Positions 8,483 through 20,853 of a stretch of DNA of 64,000 nucleotides are shown piece after piece. The stretch is taken from NCBI GenBank assembly GCA_934148015.1, contig CAKPCU010000001.1, positions 95,941-159,940 of the forward strand, written 5' to 3'. The stretch comes from an uncultured Bacilli bacterium (lineage in GTDB: Bacteria; Bacillota_I; Bacilli_A; RF39; UBA660). Position 1 is the first letter of the stretch. Every line of letters begins with the position of its first letter. Made by a program: the position numbers and the translations under genes. The notes under the pieces are model-generated. The model searched no databases, had not been told where the DNA came from, and worked only from the letters and a program-made list of their open reading frames with translations.

Positions 8483-9289
8483 ATGAAAAAAATATTTAAT
8501 AATGAAACAATTAAAACTGTATAGGATAAAGATGATGAAAAATATTATATAAGTGTTGTAGATATAGTAGGAGTAATAGCAGAAAGTAAAGATGGTAGAA
8601 AATATTGGAATAAATTAAAACAGCGATTAAAAGAAGAGGAAAATGAAACGGTGACAAATTGTCACCAGTTGAAATTAAAAGCTCAAGATAGTAAATATAG
8701 ATTAACAGATGTTGTTGATATAGAAGAAATGTTTAGAATAATTGAATCTATTCCTAGTAAAAATGCAGAACCAATAAAAGTATGGTTAGCTAAATTAGGC
8801 AGTGAAAGAATAGATGAAGTATTTGATCCATCTATAAGTGTTCAACGTGGTATAGATCTTTATCGTACAAAAGGATATGATGAAGCTTGGATGAGTAAAA
8901 GAATTAAAGGAATGCAAGATAGGAAAAGGTTAACTGGTGTTTGGAAAGATGGAGGAATAAACGAAAATAAAGAATATGCTATTTTAACTAATGAAATTTA
9001 TAAAAAGGCATGACTGCAAAAGAATTTAAACAATTTAAAGGTCTTAGAAAAGAATCTTTAAGAGATAATATGAGTGATATTGAAGTTACACTTGCAGACT
9101 TAGGTGAAATAGCAACAAGAGAGATTGCTAAAAAACATAATCCACGTGGTTTAAAAAAATATAGAAATGGCAAGGCGTGGTGGCAAGATAGCCAATAATG
9201 CAAGAGTAGATTTAGAACGTGAAATTGGTGAAAAAGTTATAACAAATAATAATAATTTAAATTATAAATATATTAGTGATAAAAAATAG
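8483..9289 (+). pseudogene. Bro-N domain / phage antirepressor-family gene, inactivated by one in-frame stop and two frameshifts
   Basis: ATG 8483 runs to an in-frame TAG at 8522-8524. The same frame then continues through ORF 8651..9013. It shifts to ORF 9010..9198, then back to the first frame at the A7 run 9153-9159. From there it reads ARRGGKIANNARVDLEREIGEKV and stops at TAG 9287-9289. The joined pieces read as one continuous Bro-N family protein. Confidence 0.8.
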
Positions 9290-9474
9290 AAAATAAATAA
9301 TAATTAATGCAAGTGACGTGTTTGTGTTTTTATAGTAATGAAAATATTTAATATTATACTTAATAAATGTAAATATAAAAGCTTGTATAAAAACATGTTA
9401 TAAGGATTGCGTTATAAAAGATGCATTAATAAAGGATGAAGATATACATTAGTTTAAAATTTACTAAACAAAGC

Positions 9475-9502
9475 GATTAAGATCATAATCTTAATCATTT
9501 TT
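9475..9502 (+). terminator. Intrinsic terminator upstream of the rpoB promoter
   Basis: Perfect 9-bp stem GATTAAGAT (9475-9483)/ATCTTAATC (9488-9496), followed by ATTTTTG. Confidence 0.65.
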
Positions 9503-9577
9503 GTGTGCTATTTAATTATTTAGTTGGCTAATAGTAATAAAATATTTGTATTTTTTTGTAAAATATTCAAAAACTTA

Positions 9578-9606
9578 TTGACAAGTGTAGATTTTTTCTG
9601 TAATAT
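9578..9606 (+). promoter_or_regulatory. Sigma-A promoter of rpoBC
   Basis: TTGACA (9578-9583), a 17-nt spacer, then TAATAT (9601-9606), ~70 nt upstream of the rpoB GTG. Confidence 0.65.
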
Positions 9607-9676
9607 TTTAAATTGGTACTGTGTCTTTAAATTTAGACATGTTCTTTAAAAATTTATAGTTTAGGGGTGGAAACGC

Positions 9677-12600
9677 GTGGCTTATAAGATAAAAAAAGTA
9701 AACGAATACCGTGAAAGAAGAGACTTTTCAAGAGTAAATAAATCTCTAGAATTAGCAGATTTACTTGAGATACAAACAAAGTCTTACAACTGGTTTATAC
9801 AAGAAGGAATCAAAGAAGTATTAGAGGAAATAAGCCCAGTAGAAAATTTCTCTGGAACATTAGCTTTAGAATTTGGTGAATACTCATTTGATGAACCAAG
9901 ACATACAATTAAGGAATGTAAGGAGAAGAAAACTACATATGCTGCTCCACTAAAGGTTCAAACTCGTCTTTTCAATAATGAAACAGGTGAAGTTAAAGAG
10001 CAAGAAATATTCCTAGGTGATATGCCTCTTATGACAGATTCTGGATCATTTATATTTAATGGGTCTGAACGTGTTATTGTATCACAATTAGTACGTTCTC
10101 CAAGTGTATATTATGGAAGAGAAATAGATAAGAATGGACGTTCTATAGTATCTTCACAATTAATACCTAATAAAGGTACTTGGCTTGAATATAAATTAAA
10201 CAGTAAAGATGTTGTAGATGTTAGAATAGACCGTAATAGAAAAGTTGTTGTAACAGCTTTCTTAAGAGCATTTGGTTTATCTAGCGATGATGATATTTTA
10301 AAATTATTTGGACAAGACGAATATTTAGTAAATACACTTGCTAAAGATTCAACTAAAAATACAGATGAAGCCTTACTTGAAATATATGAAAAGTTAAAAC
10401 CAGGAGAACCTGCTACTTTAGATAGTTCTAAAAACCAATTAATCACTAGATTTTTTGATAGCTTTAGATATGATTTAGCTAAAGTTGGTCGTTATAAATT
10501 TAATAAAAAACTTAATGTTATTGATAGATTATTAGATCAAAAAATAGCTGAGGATGTAAAAGTAGATGGAGAAATAGTTATCGAAAAGGGTACTAAATTA
10601 ACTAAAGAAGTATTAGATAAATTTAAACCTATTTTAGATAATGGTTATGGCATGGTTGATGCGACTATGGATAAAGAATTAGATGATCATACTAATGTAC
10701 AAATTGTTAGTATTTATTCTCCTTTAGAAGAAGATAAGATAATAAAAGTAATTGGTAATGATCAAAGTATAAATGTTAAGACTCTTACTATATCTGATAT
10801 TTATGCTTCTGTATCATATTATCTAAACTTATTACATAACGTAGGATCAATTGATGAAATAGATCATTTATCTAACCGTCGTTTAAGACAAGTTGGTGAA
10901 TTATTACAAAATCAATTTAGAGTTGGTGTAGCTCGTATGGAAAGAGTTATTCGTGAAAGAATGACTACTCTTGATATAGAAACCGCAACACCTAAAACTT
11001 TAATTAATATTAGACCAATAACTGCTGTTATTAAAGAGTTTTTTGGATCAAGTCCATTATCTCAGTTCATGGATCAGATTAATCCATTATCAGAGTTAAA
11101 TAATAAACGTCGTTTATCTGCTCTTGGACCTGGTGGACTTTCTCGTGATAGAGCTGCTATGGAAGTACGTGATGTTAACGTATCTCACTATGGTAGAATT
11201 TGCCCTATTGAATCACCAGAAGGTGCTAATATAGGTCTTATTACATCACTTGCAAATTATGCTAAAATAAATGAATATGGATTTATCATGACACCTTATA
11301 GAAGAGTTAAAAATGGTAAATTACAAGATGAAATAGATTATTTAACTGCAGATGAAGAAAATGGTCATATAATAGCGCAAGCTAAAGTTGATATGGATGG
11401 TGAAACAATTATTCAAGAACACTGCCCAGCTAGACAAAACGGTGAAAATATTTTAGCTAAACCTAGCGAAATAGACTATATAGATGTTGCACCACAACAA
11501 ATTGTATCTGTTACAACAAGTTGTATTCCATTCCTAGATCACGATGATGGTAAACGTGCACTTATGGGATGTAACATGCAGCGTCAAGCATTACCACTTT
11601 TAAAATCAGAAGCAGCACTTGTTGCAACAGGTGTTGAAGCACAAGCAGCTAAAGATTCAGGTGTTGTTGTACTTGCTAAGGCTGATGGTGTTGTTGAATA
11701 CGTTGATGGTAAGAAAATTGTAGTTAAGACTGCAAAAGCAAAAGATATATATTTACTTAAAAACTTTGAAGGCTCTAATGCTGGTACTTGTTATCATCAA
11801 AGACCAATTGTTAGAATTGGAGACAGTGTAAAAAGAGGACAAGTAATAGCAGATGGTCCATCTACAGATAAGGGTGAAGTTGCTCTTGGTAAAAACTTAG
11901 TAGTTGCATTCATGACTTATAATGGATATGACTATGAAGATGCTGTAATATTAAATGAAAAGATGATAAAGGAAGATACATTAACATCAATTTATTTAGA
12001 AGATTATGAAATACAATGTCGTGATACTAAGCTAGGACCTGAAGAAATTACACGTGATATTCCAAACGTAAGTGAAGAAGCTCGTAAAAACTTAGATGCT
12101 AATGGTATTATTAGAATTGGTACCGAAGTTAAAGAAGGAGATATCCTAGTTGGTAAAGTTACTCCTAAAGGTATGGTAGAACTTACTTCAGAAGAAAAAT
12201 TATTACACGCAATCTTTGGTGAAAAGACTCGTGAAGTAAGAGATACATCTCTTCGTGTTCCACATGGTGGAGCTGGTATAGTTCATGATATAAAAATTTA
12301 CACTAAGAAGGATTCTGATGAATTGCCTAGCGGTGTTTCAAAAGAAATTCGTGTATACATAGTTCAAAAACGTAAGATTCAAGTCGGAGATAAAATGGCT
12401 GGTCGTCACGGAAATAAAGGTGTTGTTTCACTAGTAGTTCCACAAGAAGATATGCCATATTTACCAGATGGTACTCCAGTTGATATCTTGCTTAACCCAC
12501 TTGGTGTTCCTTCTCGTATGAACCCAGGACAAGTTCTTGAAATGCATTTAGGTATGGCTGCTAAAAAGTTAGGAGTTTATACAGCAACACCAGTATTTGA

Positions 12601-13315
12601 TGGTGCAACTTGGGAAGATATCCAAGATATGATGAAGGAAGCTGGAATGGATCCAGATGGTAAAACAGTATTATATAATGGTAAAACAGGTGAACCATTT
12701 GACAATCGTGTAGCAGTTGGTGTTATGTACATGATAAAACTAGATCACATGGTTGATGATAAACTTCATGCTCGTGCAACTGGTCCATATTCGTTAGTTA
12801 CACAACAACCACTTGGTGGTAAAGCACAATTTGGTGGACAAAGATTTGGAGAAATGGAAGTTTGGGCACTTTATGCTTATGGTGCTGCTCATGTACTTCA
12901 AGAAATCTTAACTGTTAAATCAGATGATGTTGTAGGACGTGTTAAAGTTTATGAATCTATTGTAAAAGGAAAAGCAATAAATCAAGCAGGTGTTCCAGAA
13001 AGTTTCCGTGTTCTTGTAAAAGAATTCCAAGCTTTAGGACTTAATATAGCTATGATAAATGAAGATGGTAAAGAAGTAGATGTTAAGACTCTTGAAGAAG
13101 AGGAGGAAAAAGAGGCATCACCTTTATCAATAGAAGAAATAGATAATGTTTCTATGTTAAAAACAAAAGAAACACCAGATGCCTCATCTAAAGAGGAAGC
13201 TGATGAGGGTAATGAAGACTTCATTAGTGAAGAAGAAGAGGATGACTTTGAGGCTGAATTAGAAGATGAATTAGATGATATAGATGACGAAGAAGCGGAA
13301 GGGGATGAAGAATAA
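9677..13315 (+). CDS. rpoB: DNA-directed RNA polymerase subunit beta
   Basis: Full-length RpoB with GTG start after ggggtgg. The rifampicin cluster [34 protein letters not shown] is present. Long acidic C-terminal tail. Confidence 0.98.
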   Translation: MAYKIKKVNEYRERRDFSRVNKSLELADLLEIQTKSYNWFIQEGIKEVLEEISPVENFSGTLALEFGEYSFDEPRHTIKECKEKKTTYAAPLKVQTRLFNNETGEVKEQEIFLGDMPLMTDSGSFIFNGSERVIVSQLVRSPSVYYGREIDKNGRSIVSSQLIPNKGTWLEYKLNSKDVVDVRIDRNRKVVVTAFLRAFGLSSDDDILKLFGQDEYLVNTLAKDSTKNTDEALLEIYEKLKPGEPATLDSSKNQLITRFFDSFRYDLAKVGRYKFNKKLNVIDRLLDQKIAEDVKVDGEIVIEKGTKLTKEVLDKFKPILDNGYGMVDATMDKELDDHTNVQIVSIYSPLEEDKIIKVIGNDQSINVKTLTISDIYASVSYYLNLLHNVGSIDEIDHLSNRRLRQVGELLQNQFRVGVARMERVIRERMTTLDIETATPKTLINIRPITAVIKEFFGSSPLSQFMDQINPLSELNNKRRLSALGPGGLSRDRAAMEVRDVNVSHYGRICPIESPEGANIGLITSLANYAKINEYGFIMTPYRRVKNGKLQDEIDYLTADEENGHIIAQAKVDMDGETIIQEHCPARQNGENILAKPSEIDYIDVAPQQIVSVTTSCIPFLDHDDGKRALMGCNMQRQALPLLKSEAALVATGVEAQAAKDSGVVVLAKADGVVEYVDGKKIVVKTAKAKDIYLLKNFEGSNAGTCYHQRPIVRIGDSVKRGQVIADGPSTDKGEVALGKNLVVAFMTYNGYDYEDAVILNEKMIKEDTLTSIYLEDYEIQCRDTKLGPEEITRDIPNVSEEARKNLDANGIIRIGTEVKEGDILVGKVTPKGMVELTSEEKLLHAIFGEKTREVRDTSLRVPHGGAGIVHDIKIYTKKDSDELPSGVSKEIRVYIVQKRKIQVGDKMAGRHGNKGVVSLVVPQEDMPYLPDGTPVDILLNPLGVPSRMNPGQVLEMHLGMAAKKLGVYTATPVFDGATWEDIQDMMKEAGMDPDGKTVLYNGKTGEPFDNRVAVGVMYMIKLDHMVDDKLHARATGPYSLVTQQPLGGKAQFGGQRFGEMEVWALYAYGAAHVLQEILTVKSDDVVGRVKVYESIVKGKAINQAGVPESFRVLVKEFQALGLNIAMINEDGKEVDVKTLEEEEEKEASPLSIEEIDNVSMLKTKETPDASSKEEADEGNEDFISEEEEDDFEAELEDELDDIDDEEAEGDEE

Positions 13316-16300
13316 TGTTAGATGCAAATAAATTTGAAGGAATTAAAATATCTATCGCTTCACCTGAACAGATTCGTAATTGGTCATATGGGGAAGTTAA
13401 AAAACCAGAAACTATAAATTATCGTACATTAAAGCCTGAAAGAGATGGACTTTTCTGTGAAAAGATATTTGGTCCTACTAAAGACTATGAATGTTCTTGT
13501 GGTAAGTATAAAAGATTAAGATATAAAGATATAGTATGTGATAGATGTGGAGTAGAAGTTACTAAGTCTAAGGTGCGTCGTGAACGTATGGGACATATTG
13601 AGTTAGCTACTCCAGTGTCTCACATATGGTTCTTTAAGGGTGTACCAAGTCGTATGGGATTAGTACTTGATATGTCTCCAAGAGATTTAGAAGAAGTATT
13701 ATATTTCGTATCATACGTAGTTATTAACCCAGGTGCAGCACCACTTGAAAAGAAACAAACTTTATCTGATAAAGAGTACCGTGCTTATTATGAAAAATAC
13801 GGTAAAACTTTTGAAGTAGGTATGGGTGCAGAAGCTATACTTAAACTATTAAAAGAAATAAACGTAGAAGAAGAAATAGAAAAGATAGAAAAAGAGTTGG
13901 ATGGTGCTCAAGAACAAAAGAGAACCCGTTTATTAAAACGTTTAGACATACTTGATGCATTTAAAAAATCTGGTAATAAGCCAGAATGGATGATATTAAC
14001 AGCTCTTCCTGTTATACCTCCAGAATTAAGACCAATGATTCAACTTGATGGTGGACGTTTTGCTACAAGTGATTTAAATGATTTATATAGACGTGTTATT
14101 AATCGTAACAATCGTTTAAAGAAATTACTTGAACTTAATGCACCAACAATCATTGTTCAAAATGAAAAGAGAATGCTTCAAGAAGCAGTTGATGCTTTGT
14201 TTGATAACGGAAGACGTGGTAGAAACGTAACTGGTCCATCTAATAGACCTCTTAAATCAATTTCTAGCATGTTAAAAGGTAAACAAGGACGTTTTCGTCA
14301 AAATTTACTTGGTAAACGTGTTGATTATTCTGGTCGTAGTGTTATTGCTGTTGGACCAGAACTTAAGATGTATCAATGTGGTATTCCAAAAGAAATGGCT
14401 CTAGAGTTATTTAAACCACATGTTATACATGGATTAGTAGAAAGAGATATTGTACATAATATTAAATCTGCTAAGAAAATGATAGAAAATCAAGATGAAA
14501 GAGTATGGGATATTGTTGAAGACGTTATTAAAGAACATCCAGTAATGCTTAACCGTGCTCCAACACTACATAGATTAGGTATTCAAGCATTTGAACCTAA
14601 ATTAGTAAGTGGTAAAGCTATTCGTTTACATCCTCTTGTTTGTGCTGGATTTAACGCAGACTTTGATGGTGACCAAATGGCTGTTCACGTACCTCTTTCT
14701 GAAGCTGCTCAAGCTGAAGCTAGATTACTTATGTTATCTTCAAATAACATACTAGACCCTAAAGATGGTAAACCAATTGTTACTCCATCACAAGATATGG
14801 TTTTAGGTAATTATTATATAACTACAGAAAAACCTGGTGATATGGGTGAAGGTAGAGTATTTAAAAATATGAATGAAGCTATTGGTGCTTATGAAAGAAG
14901 AGAAGTAACTCTTCATGCTAGAATAGCACTTCCAGCTAAATCATTTAAATATAAGATCTTTACAGAAGAACAAAAAGATATGTATTTAGTAACTACTGTT
15001 GGTAAATTATTGTTTAATGAAATATTACCAGATGGTTTCCAATACATAAACGAACCTTCAAAAGCAAATTATGAGAGCTTTACTCCTATGTCTCATTTCT
15101 TAAAGAAGGGTTCAAATATGCCTGAAGAAATAAAGAAAAGAGAAATAATTAAACCATTTGCTAAGGGTGACTTAAAGAAGATTATTGCACAAGTATTTAA
15201 ACGTTATAAGACAACTGAAACTTCTATATATCTAGATAAGTTAAAGAATTTAGGATTTAAGTATTCTACTTTATCAGGTATATCAATTTCAATTGCGGAC
15301 GTTGTAAAAAGTGAACATAAAAATGAAATTATCGATAAATCTCAAAAAGTTGTTGATACAATAAATAAACAATATAGACGTGGTCTAATAACAGATAGAG
15401 AACGTTATGAAAAAGTTTGTGAAGTATGGAATAATACAACAAGCGAAGTAGAAAAAGAGTTAAAGCAAAAAGTAGTAACTTTAACAGATAACCCAATAAT
15501 GATGATGGTTAATTCTGGTGCTCGTGGTTCAATTGGACAGTATAACCAGATGGCTGGTATGCGTGGACTTCTTGCAAAACCAAATGGTGAACCTGTTGAG
15601 ATCCCAGTAACATCTTCATTCGTAGAGGGTCTATCAGTTTCTGAATACTTTATTTCAACACACGGTACCCGTAAAGGTAACGCTGATACTGCACTTAAAA
15701 CAGCAGACTCTGGTTACTTAACAAGACGTTTAGTTGATGTTGTTCAAGATGTTATCGTAAGAGAAGAAGATTGTGGTACTATTCAAGGCGTTGTTGTATC
15801 ATCATTTATAGATGATACCGCTGATACTGTAATTGAAAGTCTTCATGAACGTATAGTAGGACGCTTTACTAATAAAAAGGTAGTTGATCCTAATACAAAA
15901 GAAACAATAATTGAAAAGAATCAGTTAATTACTGAACCTATTGCAGATAAAATAGATAAAGCTGGTATTAAAGAAGTTGAAATTAGAACAGCACTTACAT
16001 GTAAGACAGAAAATGGTGTATGTAAACATTGTTATGGTATAAATTTAGCTACAGGTAATTTAGTTGAAATTGGTGAAGCTGTTGGTATTATGGCTGCACA
16101 ATCAATTGGTGAACCTGGTACTCAGCTTACAATGCGTACATTCCACAATGGTGGTGTTGCATCAGGTGCAGATATAACTCAAGGTTTACCTCGTGTACAA
16201 GAGTTATTTGAAGCTAGAATACCAAAAGCTAAATCTACTATAGCTGAAATAAATGGTAAGATAACTAAGATAGATGAATTAAATGGTAAATATAAAATTG

Positions 16301-16947
16301 AAATTACAAATGATGTTGAAACAAGAGAACATACAACAAATTATGGTGTAAAACTATGTGTTGAAGTTGGAGATACAGTAAAAGCAGGAGATAAACTTAA
16401 TGTAGGTTCTATTAATCCAAAAGAATTACTTGCTGTAACAGATCCAATTACTGCTCAAAACTATATATTATCAGAAGTACAAAAAGTTTATAAATCACAA
16501 GGTGTTGATGTTTCTGATAAACATGTTGAGATACTTGCTCGTCGTATGATAGCTCGTATTAAGATTGTAGATGGTGGAGATACTCCATTAGTGTCTGGTA
16601 AACTTGTTTCAATGCATGAATTTACTAGAGTTAATAAAGATGCTATTATAATGGGTAAAAAACCAGCTACTGGTCGTCCAATTATGCTTGGTATTACTAA
16701 AGCATCGCTAGAAACTGATTCATTCTTATCAGCTGCATCATTCCAAGAAACTACAAGAATACTTACAGATGCTGCTATTAAAGGTAAAGTTGATAATTTA
16801 ACAGGATTAAAAGAAAATGTTATTATTGGTAAATTAATACCTGCAGGTACTGGATCTAAGTATTATTCAGATGTTAAATATAAATTAGCTAGTGAGCCAA
16901 TTGAAGATGATGCATTAGATTCTTTAGAAGAACAATTAGTTGATTAG
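13315..16947 (+). CDS. rpoC: DNA-directed RNA polymerase subunit beta'
   Basis: [12 protein letters not shown] catalytic motif and a zinc-binding CxC..CxxC N-terminus. The ATG overlaps the rpoB stop (taATG). Confidence 0.98.
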   Translation: MLDANKFEGIKISIASPEQIRNWSYGEVKKPETINYRTLKPERDGLFCEKIFGPTKDYECSCGKYKRLRYKDIVCDRCGVEVTKSKVRRERMGHIELATPVSHIWFFKGVPSRMGLVLDMSPRDLEEVLYFVSYVVINPGAAPLEKKQTLSDKEYRAYYEKYGKTFEVGMGAEAILKLLKEINVEEEIEKIEKELDGAQEQKRTRLLKRLDILDAFKKSGNKPEWMILTALPVIPPELRPMIQLDGGRFATSDLNDLYRRVINRNNRLKKLLELNAPTIIVQNEKRMLQEAVDALFDNGRRGRNVTGPSNRPLKSISSMLKGKQGRFRQNLLGKRVDYSGRSVIAVGPELKMYQCGIPKEMALELFKPHVIHGLVERDIVHNIKSAKKMIENQDERVWDIVEDVIKEHPVMLNRAPTLHRLGIQAFEPKLVSGKAIRLHPLVCAGFNADFDGDQMAVHVPLSEAAQAEARLLMLSSNNILDPKDGKPIVTPSQDMVLGNYYITTEKPGDMGEGRVFKNMNEAIGAYERREVTLHARIALPAKSFKYKIFTEEQKDMYLVTTVGKLLFNEILPDGFQYINEPSKANYESFTPMSHFLKKGSNMPEEIKKREIIKPFAKGDLKKIIAQVFKRYKTTETSIYLDKLKNLGFKYSTLSGISISIADVVKSEHKNEIIDKSQKVVDTINKQYRRGLITDRERYEKVCEVWNNTTSEVEKELKQKVVTLTDNPIMMMVNSGARGSIGQYNQMAGMRGLLAKPNGEPVEIPVTSSFVEGLSVSEYFISTHGTRKGNADTALKTADSGYLTRRLVDVVQDVIVREEDCGTIQGVVVSSFIDDTADTVIESLHERIVGRFTNKKVVDPNTKETIIEKNQLITEPIADKIDKAGIKEVEIRTALTCKTENGVCKHCYGINLATGNLVEIGEAVGIMAAQSIGEPGTQLTMRTFHNGGVASGADITQGLPRVQELFEARIPKAKSTIAEINGKITKIDELNGKYKIEITNDVETREHTTNYGVKLCVEVGDTVKAGDKLNVGSINPKELLAVTDPITAQNYILSEVQKVYKSQGVDVSDKHVEILARRMIARIKIVDGGDTPLVSGKLVSMHEFTRVNKDAIIMGKKPATGRPIMLGITKASLETDSFLSAASFQETTRILTDAAIKGKVDNLTGLKENVIIGKLIPAGTGSKYYSDVKYKLASEPIEDDALDSLEEQLVD

Positions 16948-16955
16948 TAAAAAAG

Positions 16956-16981
16956 GAAGCTTAAATTTTAAAGCTTCTTTT
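16956..16981 (+). terminator. Intrinsic terminator after rpoC
   Basis: GAAGCTT (16956-16962)/AAGCTTC (16971-16977), followed by TTTT. Confidence 0.6.
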
Positions 16982-16984
16982 AAT

Positions 16985-17013
16985 TTGACAAATATAGCAT
17001 TTTGTGCTATTAT
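16985..17013 (+). promoter_or_regulatory. Sigma-A type promoter for the 17044 ORF
   Basis: TTGACA (16985-16990), a 17-nt spacer, then TATTAT (17008-17013). Confidence 0.5.
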
Positions 17014-17043
17014 ACGTTTCATAAATGAGGGGGGAAAACAAAA

Positions 17044-17430
17044 ATGTATAAGAAAAAAAATAAATTTAATTCTAAAGCATGTGATTCTAAATTAGCTGCA
17101 ATATGTAATGAATTATTAGTATATAATGATGATACTGTATTTGCTATATCAAAAAATTACGTTGAGAATAAGAGTAAAAAAGACTCTTTCGATGAAATTA
17201 AAACTAATCCTATTATCATATCATCTACTCCATTAAAAGAGTTAGTTTTACCAAGTTATTATGTACTTAGAGGAGATACTATAACTTTATGGTCTGATGA
17301 AGAGGTAATAGTTAAACTTGTATATAGTAATTTAGTATTTTCTGATGGTAATATTAAAGATAAGAAAATAGAAAACTTGTACCTAGACATAGAAAACGAA
17401 GATTATATTAAAAGTCTTAAAGGTATGTAA
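17044..17430 (+). CDS. Hypothetical protein (no recognisable domain)
   Basis: 128-codon ORF with RBS gagggggg, its own promoter, and a downstream hairpin ACTCCA..TGGAGT followed by a T run. Confidence 0.5.
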   Translation: MYKKKNKFNSKACDSKLAAICNELLVYNDDTVFAISKNYVENKSKKDSFDEIKTNPIIISSTPLKELVLPSYYVLRGDTITLWSDEEVIVKLVYSNLVFSDGNIKDKKIENLYLDIENEDYIKSLKGM

Positions 17431-17513
17431 AAATTGTTAAAAATTATTAAAACTCCAGTCTTTTGAGTGGAGTTTTTATTTATTTATGGTACAATATACG
17501 TTAAGGTGGTTTT

Positions 17514-18854
17514 ATGGACTTAGTAGATGAATTCTTAAAAACTTTAAATATTAATAAAAATGAAACTTTAATAGTTGCAGTATCATATGGACCTGATTCT
17601 ATGACATTGCTTCATCATTTAAATAAGTTTTATAGTGAAAATAAAATTATTTGTGCACATGTTCACCATAATCATAGAAAAGAAAGTGATTGCGAAGCTA
17701 AAATGTTAGAGGAATATTGTAAAAATAATAATATTATATTCGAAATGATGAAGATAAAAAGCTATAAAAATGATAAGTTTACCGAAGTAGAAGCTAGAGA
17801 AAAAAGATATAAATATTTTGAAAAATTACTAAAAAAATATAATTCTAAATATTTATTTACGGCTCATCATGGTGATGATTTAGTAGAAACGGTTTTAATG
17901 AAGATAGTTAGAGGATCTACCTTAAAAGGATATTCGGGTATTAATTTAGTTTCACAAAGAGATAATTATTTTATAGTAAGACCATTATTATATATGACTA
18001 AAGATCAAATACTAAACTATTGCAGTGAAAATAATATTAATTATGCTGTGGATAAGTCTAATAATGATATAATATACACAAGAAATAGATATAGAAAAAA
18101 CGTATTACCACTTTTAAAGATGGAAAATAAAAATGTTCATCGAAAATTTATAGAGTTTTCTAAGGAATTAGAAAAATATGATAGCTTTGTCAATAAAGTA
18201 ACTTCTAATATTTATAAAAAATGTGTTGTTAATAATGAAATTATAATAAGTTCTTTAATTAAAGAAGATGATTTAATAATAGATAAAGTAATTAGAAAAT
18301 ATTTATTTGATAATTATAAAGATAACATAGGAAAAATTACAAAAAAACATACTGATTTTATAAAAAACATGATATTAAGTAATAAACCATTTATTTTATT
18401 TTCTATGCCAGATAATAAAACAATAATTAAAGACTATAATAAGATATATTTCGATAATAATAAGTATTATAATAATTATTGCTATAAGTTTGATGGTAGT
18501 GTTAAATTAGATAATGGATATATTATAAAGAAAATAGATGTATTAGAAAATACAACTAATTATATAACTGCTTTGGACAGTAAAGAAATATCTTTACCAT
18601 TATATATTAGAAATAAAAAAGATGGCGATATAATAGAGGTTTTAGGACTTAATGGAATGAAAAAAGTAAAAGATATATTTATAAATGAAAAGATATCAAG
18701 AAATTTAAGAGATAAATATCCATTAGTTGTAGATAGTAAAGATAATGTAATTTGGATTCCTGGTATAAAGAAGTCTAAATATGATAAATCAAAACATGGA
18801 AAATATGATATAATAATTAAGTATTACAAGGAGGAAAATGATGAATCAAAATAA
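17514..18854 (+). CDS. tilS: tRNA(Ile)-lysidine synthase
   Basis: N-terminal PP-loop ATPase (VAVSYGPDSMTL, FTAHHGDDLVETVLM). C-terminal TilS domain (PGIKKSKYDK region). Immediately upstream of ftsH. Confidence 0.9.
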   Translation: MDLVDEFLKTLNINKNETLIVAVSYGPDSMTLLHHLNKFYSENKIICAHVHHNHRKESDCEAKMLEEYCKNNNIIFEMMKIKSYKNDKFTEVEAREKRYKYFEKLLKKYNSKYLFTAHHGDDLVETVLMKIVRGSTLKGYSGINLVSQRDNYFIVRPLLYMTKDQILNYCSENNINYAVDKSNNDIIYTRNRYRKNVLPLLKMENKNVHRKFIEFSKELEKYDSFVNKVTSNIYKKCVVNNEIIISSLIKEDDLIIDKVIRKYLFDNYKDNIGKITKKHTDFIKNMILSNKPFILFSMPDNKTIIKDYNKIYFDNNKYYNNYCYKFDGSVKLDNGYIIKKIDVLENTTNYITALDSKEISLPLYIRNKKDGDIIEVLGLNGMKKVKDIFINEKISRNLRDKYPLVVDSKDNVIWIPGIKKSKYDKSKHGKYDIIIKYYKEENDESK

Positions 18855-20826
18855 TCAAAACATAAAAAAGGGTGCTTTTCCTTATGCTCTTTTGTTATTT
18901 ATCGGATTAGCACTGTTATTATTTTATAATTCATTTAATAATAACAACAAAGTATTAACTTATAATGAATTTAATAAAGCTCTTAACAATAATAAAGTTG
19001 AGGAATTAGTTATAATGCCTTCAACATCGGCTTATACTTATCAAATAACTGGTAAATTAAAAGGAAGTAAAAATGGAGAAACATTCTCTGTTAAAACGCC
19101 TTTATCTGATATAGTAGTAAAAAAGATAATAGAAGCTAGTGAGAAAAAAGATTTTAAGATAATATCTAAATCAGATCAAGCTTCAAGTGCTTGGTACAGA
19201 TTTGCTATAGAATTACTACCATATATTTTACTATTTGGATTAGCTTTCTTTTTCATTACTAAACAGCTTGGAACACAAAAGGGTTCATTTGATTTTGGAA
19301 AGAGTAAGGCTAAGTTAAATCCTGATACTGGTAAAGTAACATTTAAAGATGTTGCAGGTTTACCAGAAGAAAAAGAAGAATTACAAGAATTGATAGATTT
19401 CTTAAAGTATCCTAAAAAGTTTCAAAAGTTAGGTGCTAGAATACCAAAAGGTGTTTTATTAGTAGGTCCTCCAGGAACAGGTAAAACATTACTTGCAAAG
19501 GCAGTAGCAGGAGAAGCAAATGCACCATTTTACTTTATATCTGGTTCGGACTTTGTTGAACTATATGTTGGTGTTGGTGCCTCAAGAGTTAGAGATATGT
19601 TTAAACAAGCTAAACAAAATGCACCATGTTTAATCTTTATAGATGAAATTGATGCAGTAGGTAGACAACGTGGTACAGGTATTGGTGGTGGTCATGATGA
19701 AAGAGAACAGACACTTAACCAATTACTTACTGAAATGGATGGTTTTGGCGCAAATGAAGGCATTATTATAATCGCTGCAACAAATAGACCAGATGTACTT
19801 GATCCAGCATTATTAAGACCAGGAAGATTTGATAGACAAGTTACTGTTAATTTACCTGATTTAAAAGCAAGGGAAGATATTTTAAAAGTACATGCAAGAA
19901 ATAAAATTTTATCTAAAAATGTACATTTAGATAGTATTGCTAAAAGATGTGTAGGCTTTTCTGGAGCTGATTTGGAAAACTTACTTAATGAAGCAGCACT
20001 TCTTGCTGTTAGAAGAGAAAAAAGTGCTATTACTATGTCAGAAATAGATGAAGCTATAGATAGAGTTATAATGGGACCAGCTAAGGTAACTAAAAAATAT
20101 ACTGATAAAGAAAAGAAGCTTGTTGCTTATCACGAAGCCGGGCATGCCGTTCTTGGAATTAAATTAGATGATGCAAATGATGTTCAAAAAGTTACAATTA
20201 TTCCAAGAGGACAAGCTGGTGGTTATAATTTAATGATGCCTAAAGAAGAAAAGTTTACGGCTACTAAAACAGAACTATTAGAACAAATAATGGGTCTTCT
20301 TGGTGGTCGTGTTGCTGAAGAAGTTGTGTTTGGAGAAATTACAACAGGGGCACACAATGATTTTTCAAAGGCTACAAAAATAGCAAGAAGCATGGTAACT
20401 GAATATGGTATGTCAAAATTAGGACCAGTTCAGTTAGAAACTCCAGAAGGAAGTTCTTTCTTAGGAAGAGATTATAATAAAAACAGAAATTTCTCTGATC
20501 AAGTTGCTCTTGAAATAGATAATGAAGTTAGAGGAATTATTAATGATTGTTATGAAAAAGCTAAAAAGATAATTGAAAAAAATAGAGATTTACTTGATTT
20601 AATTGCAAGTAATTTAATAGAACATGAAACTTTAACTAAAGAAGAGATTGATTATTTAGCAGAACATGGTAAAATGCCTACAATTGATATGCTAGATGAT
20701 ATTAATTTAGATAAGCTTAAAGAAATGGCAAAAGAAAAGAAAATAAAGGGCTATTCTTCAATGAATAAAGAAGAATTAAAAAAGGCATTGTCAGAGGATA
20801 TAAAAGACAAACAAAATGAAGAATAA
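18838..20826 (+). CDS. ftsH: ATP-dependent zinc metalloprotease FtsH
   Basis: Two N-terminal TM segments, Walker A GPPGTGKT, an SRH region, and the zinc site HEAGHA. Overlaps the tilS end by 17 nt. Confidence 0.97.
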   Translation: MMNQNNQNIKKGAFPYALLLFIGLALLLFYNSFNNNNKVLTYNEFNKALNNNKVEELVIMPSTSAYTYQITGKLKGSKNGETFSVKTPLSDIVVKKIIEASEKKDFKIISKSDQASSAWYRFAIELLPYILLFGLAFFFITKQLGTQKGSFDFGKSKAKLNPDTGKVTFKDVAGLPEEKEELQELIDFLKYPKKFQKLGARIPKGVLLVGPPGTGKTLLAKAVAGEANAPFYFISGSDFVELYVGVGASRVRDMFKQAKQNAPCLIFIDEIDAVGRQRGTGIGGGHDEREQTLNQLLTEMDGFGANEGIIIIAATNRPDVLDPALLRPGRFDRQVTVNLPDLKAREDILKVHARNKILSKNVHLDSIAKRCVGFSGADLENLLNEAALLAVRREKSAITMSEIDEAIDRVIMGPAKVTKKYTDKEKKLVAYHEAGHAVLGIKLDDANDVQKVTIIPRGQAGGYNLMMPKEEKFTATKTELLEQIMGLLGGRVAEEVVFGEITTGAHNDFSKATKIARSMVTEYGMSKLGPVQLETPEGSSFLGRDYNKNRNFSDQVALEIDNEVRGIINDCYEKAKKIIEKNRDLLDLIASNLIEHETLTKEEIDYLAEHGKMPTIDMLDDINLDKLKEMAKEKKIKGYSSMNKEELKKALSEDIKDKQNEE

Positions 20827-20828
20827 TA

Positions 20829-20853
20829 AAAAACGGGTTAATCCGTTTTTTTT
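20829..20853. terminator. Bidirectional intrinsic terminator shared by ftsH (+) and the PBP gene (-)
   Basis: AAAAACGG (20829-20836)/CCGTTTTT (20843-20850), flanked by A and T runs. The PBP stop codon (20838-20840) sits in the loop. Confidence 0.7.

Noticed and set aside
8651-9198. Treating 8651..9013 and 9010..9198 as two intact small genes.
   Set aside because: Both, plus the flanking 8483-8650 and 9170-9289 segments, are collinear pieces of one Bro-N family protein. This is better explained as a single pseudogene.
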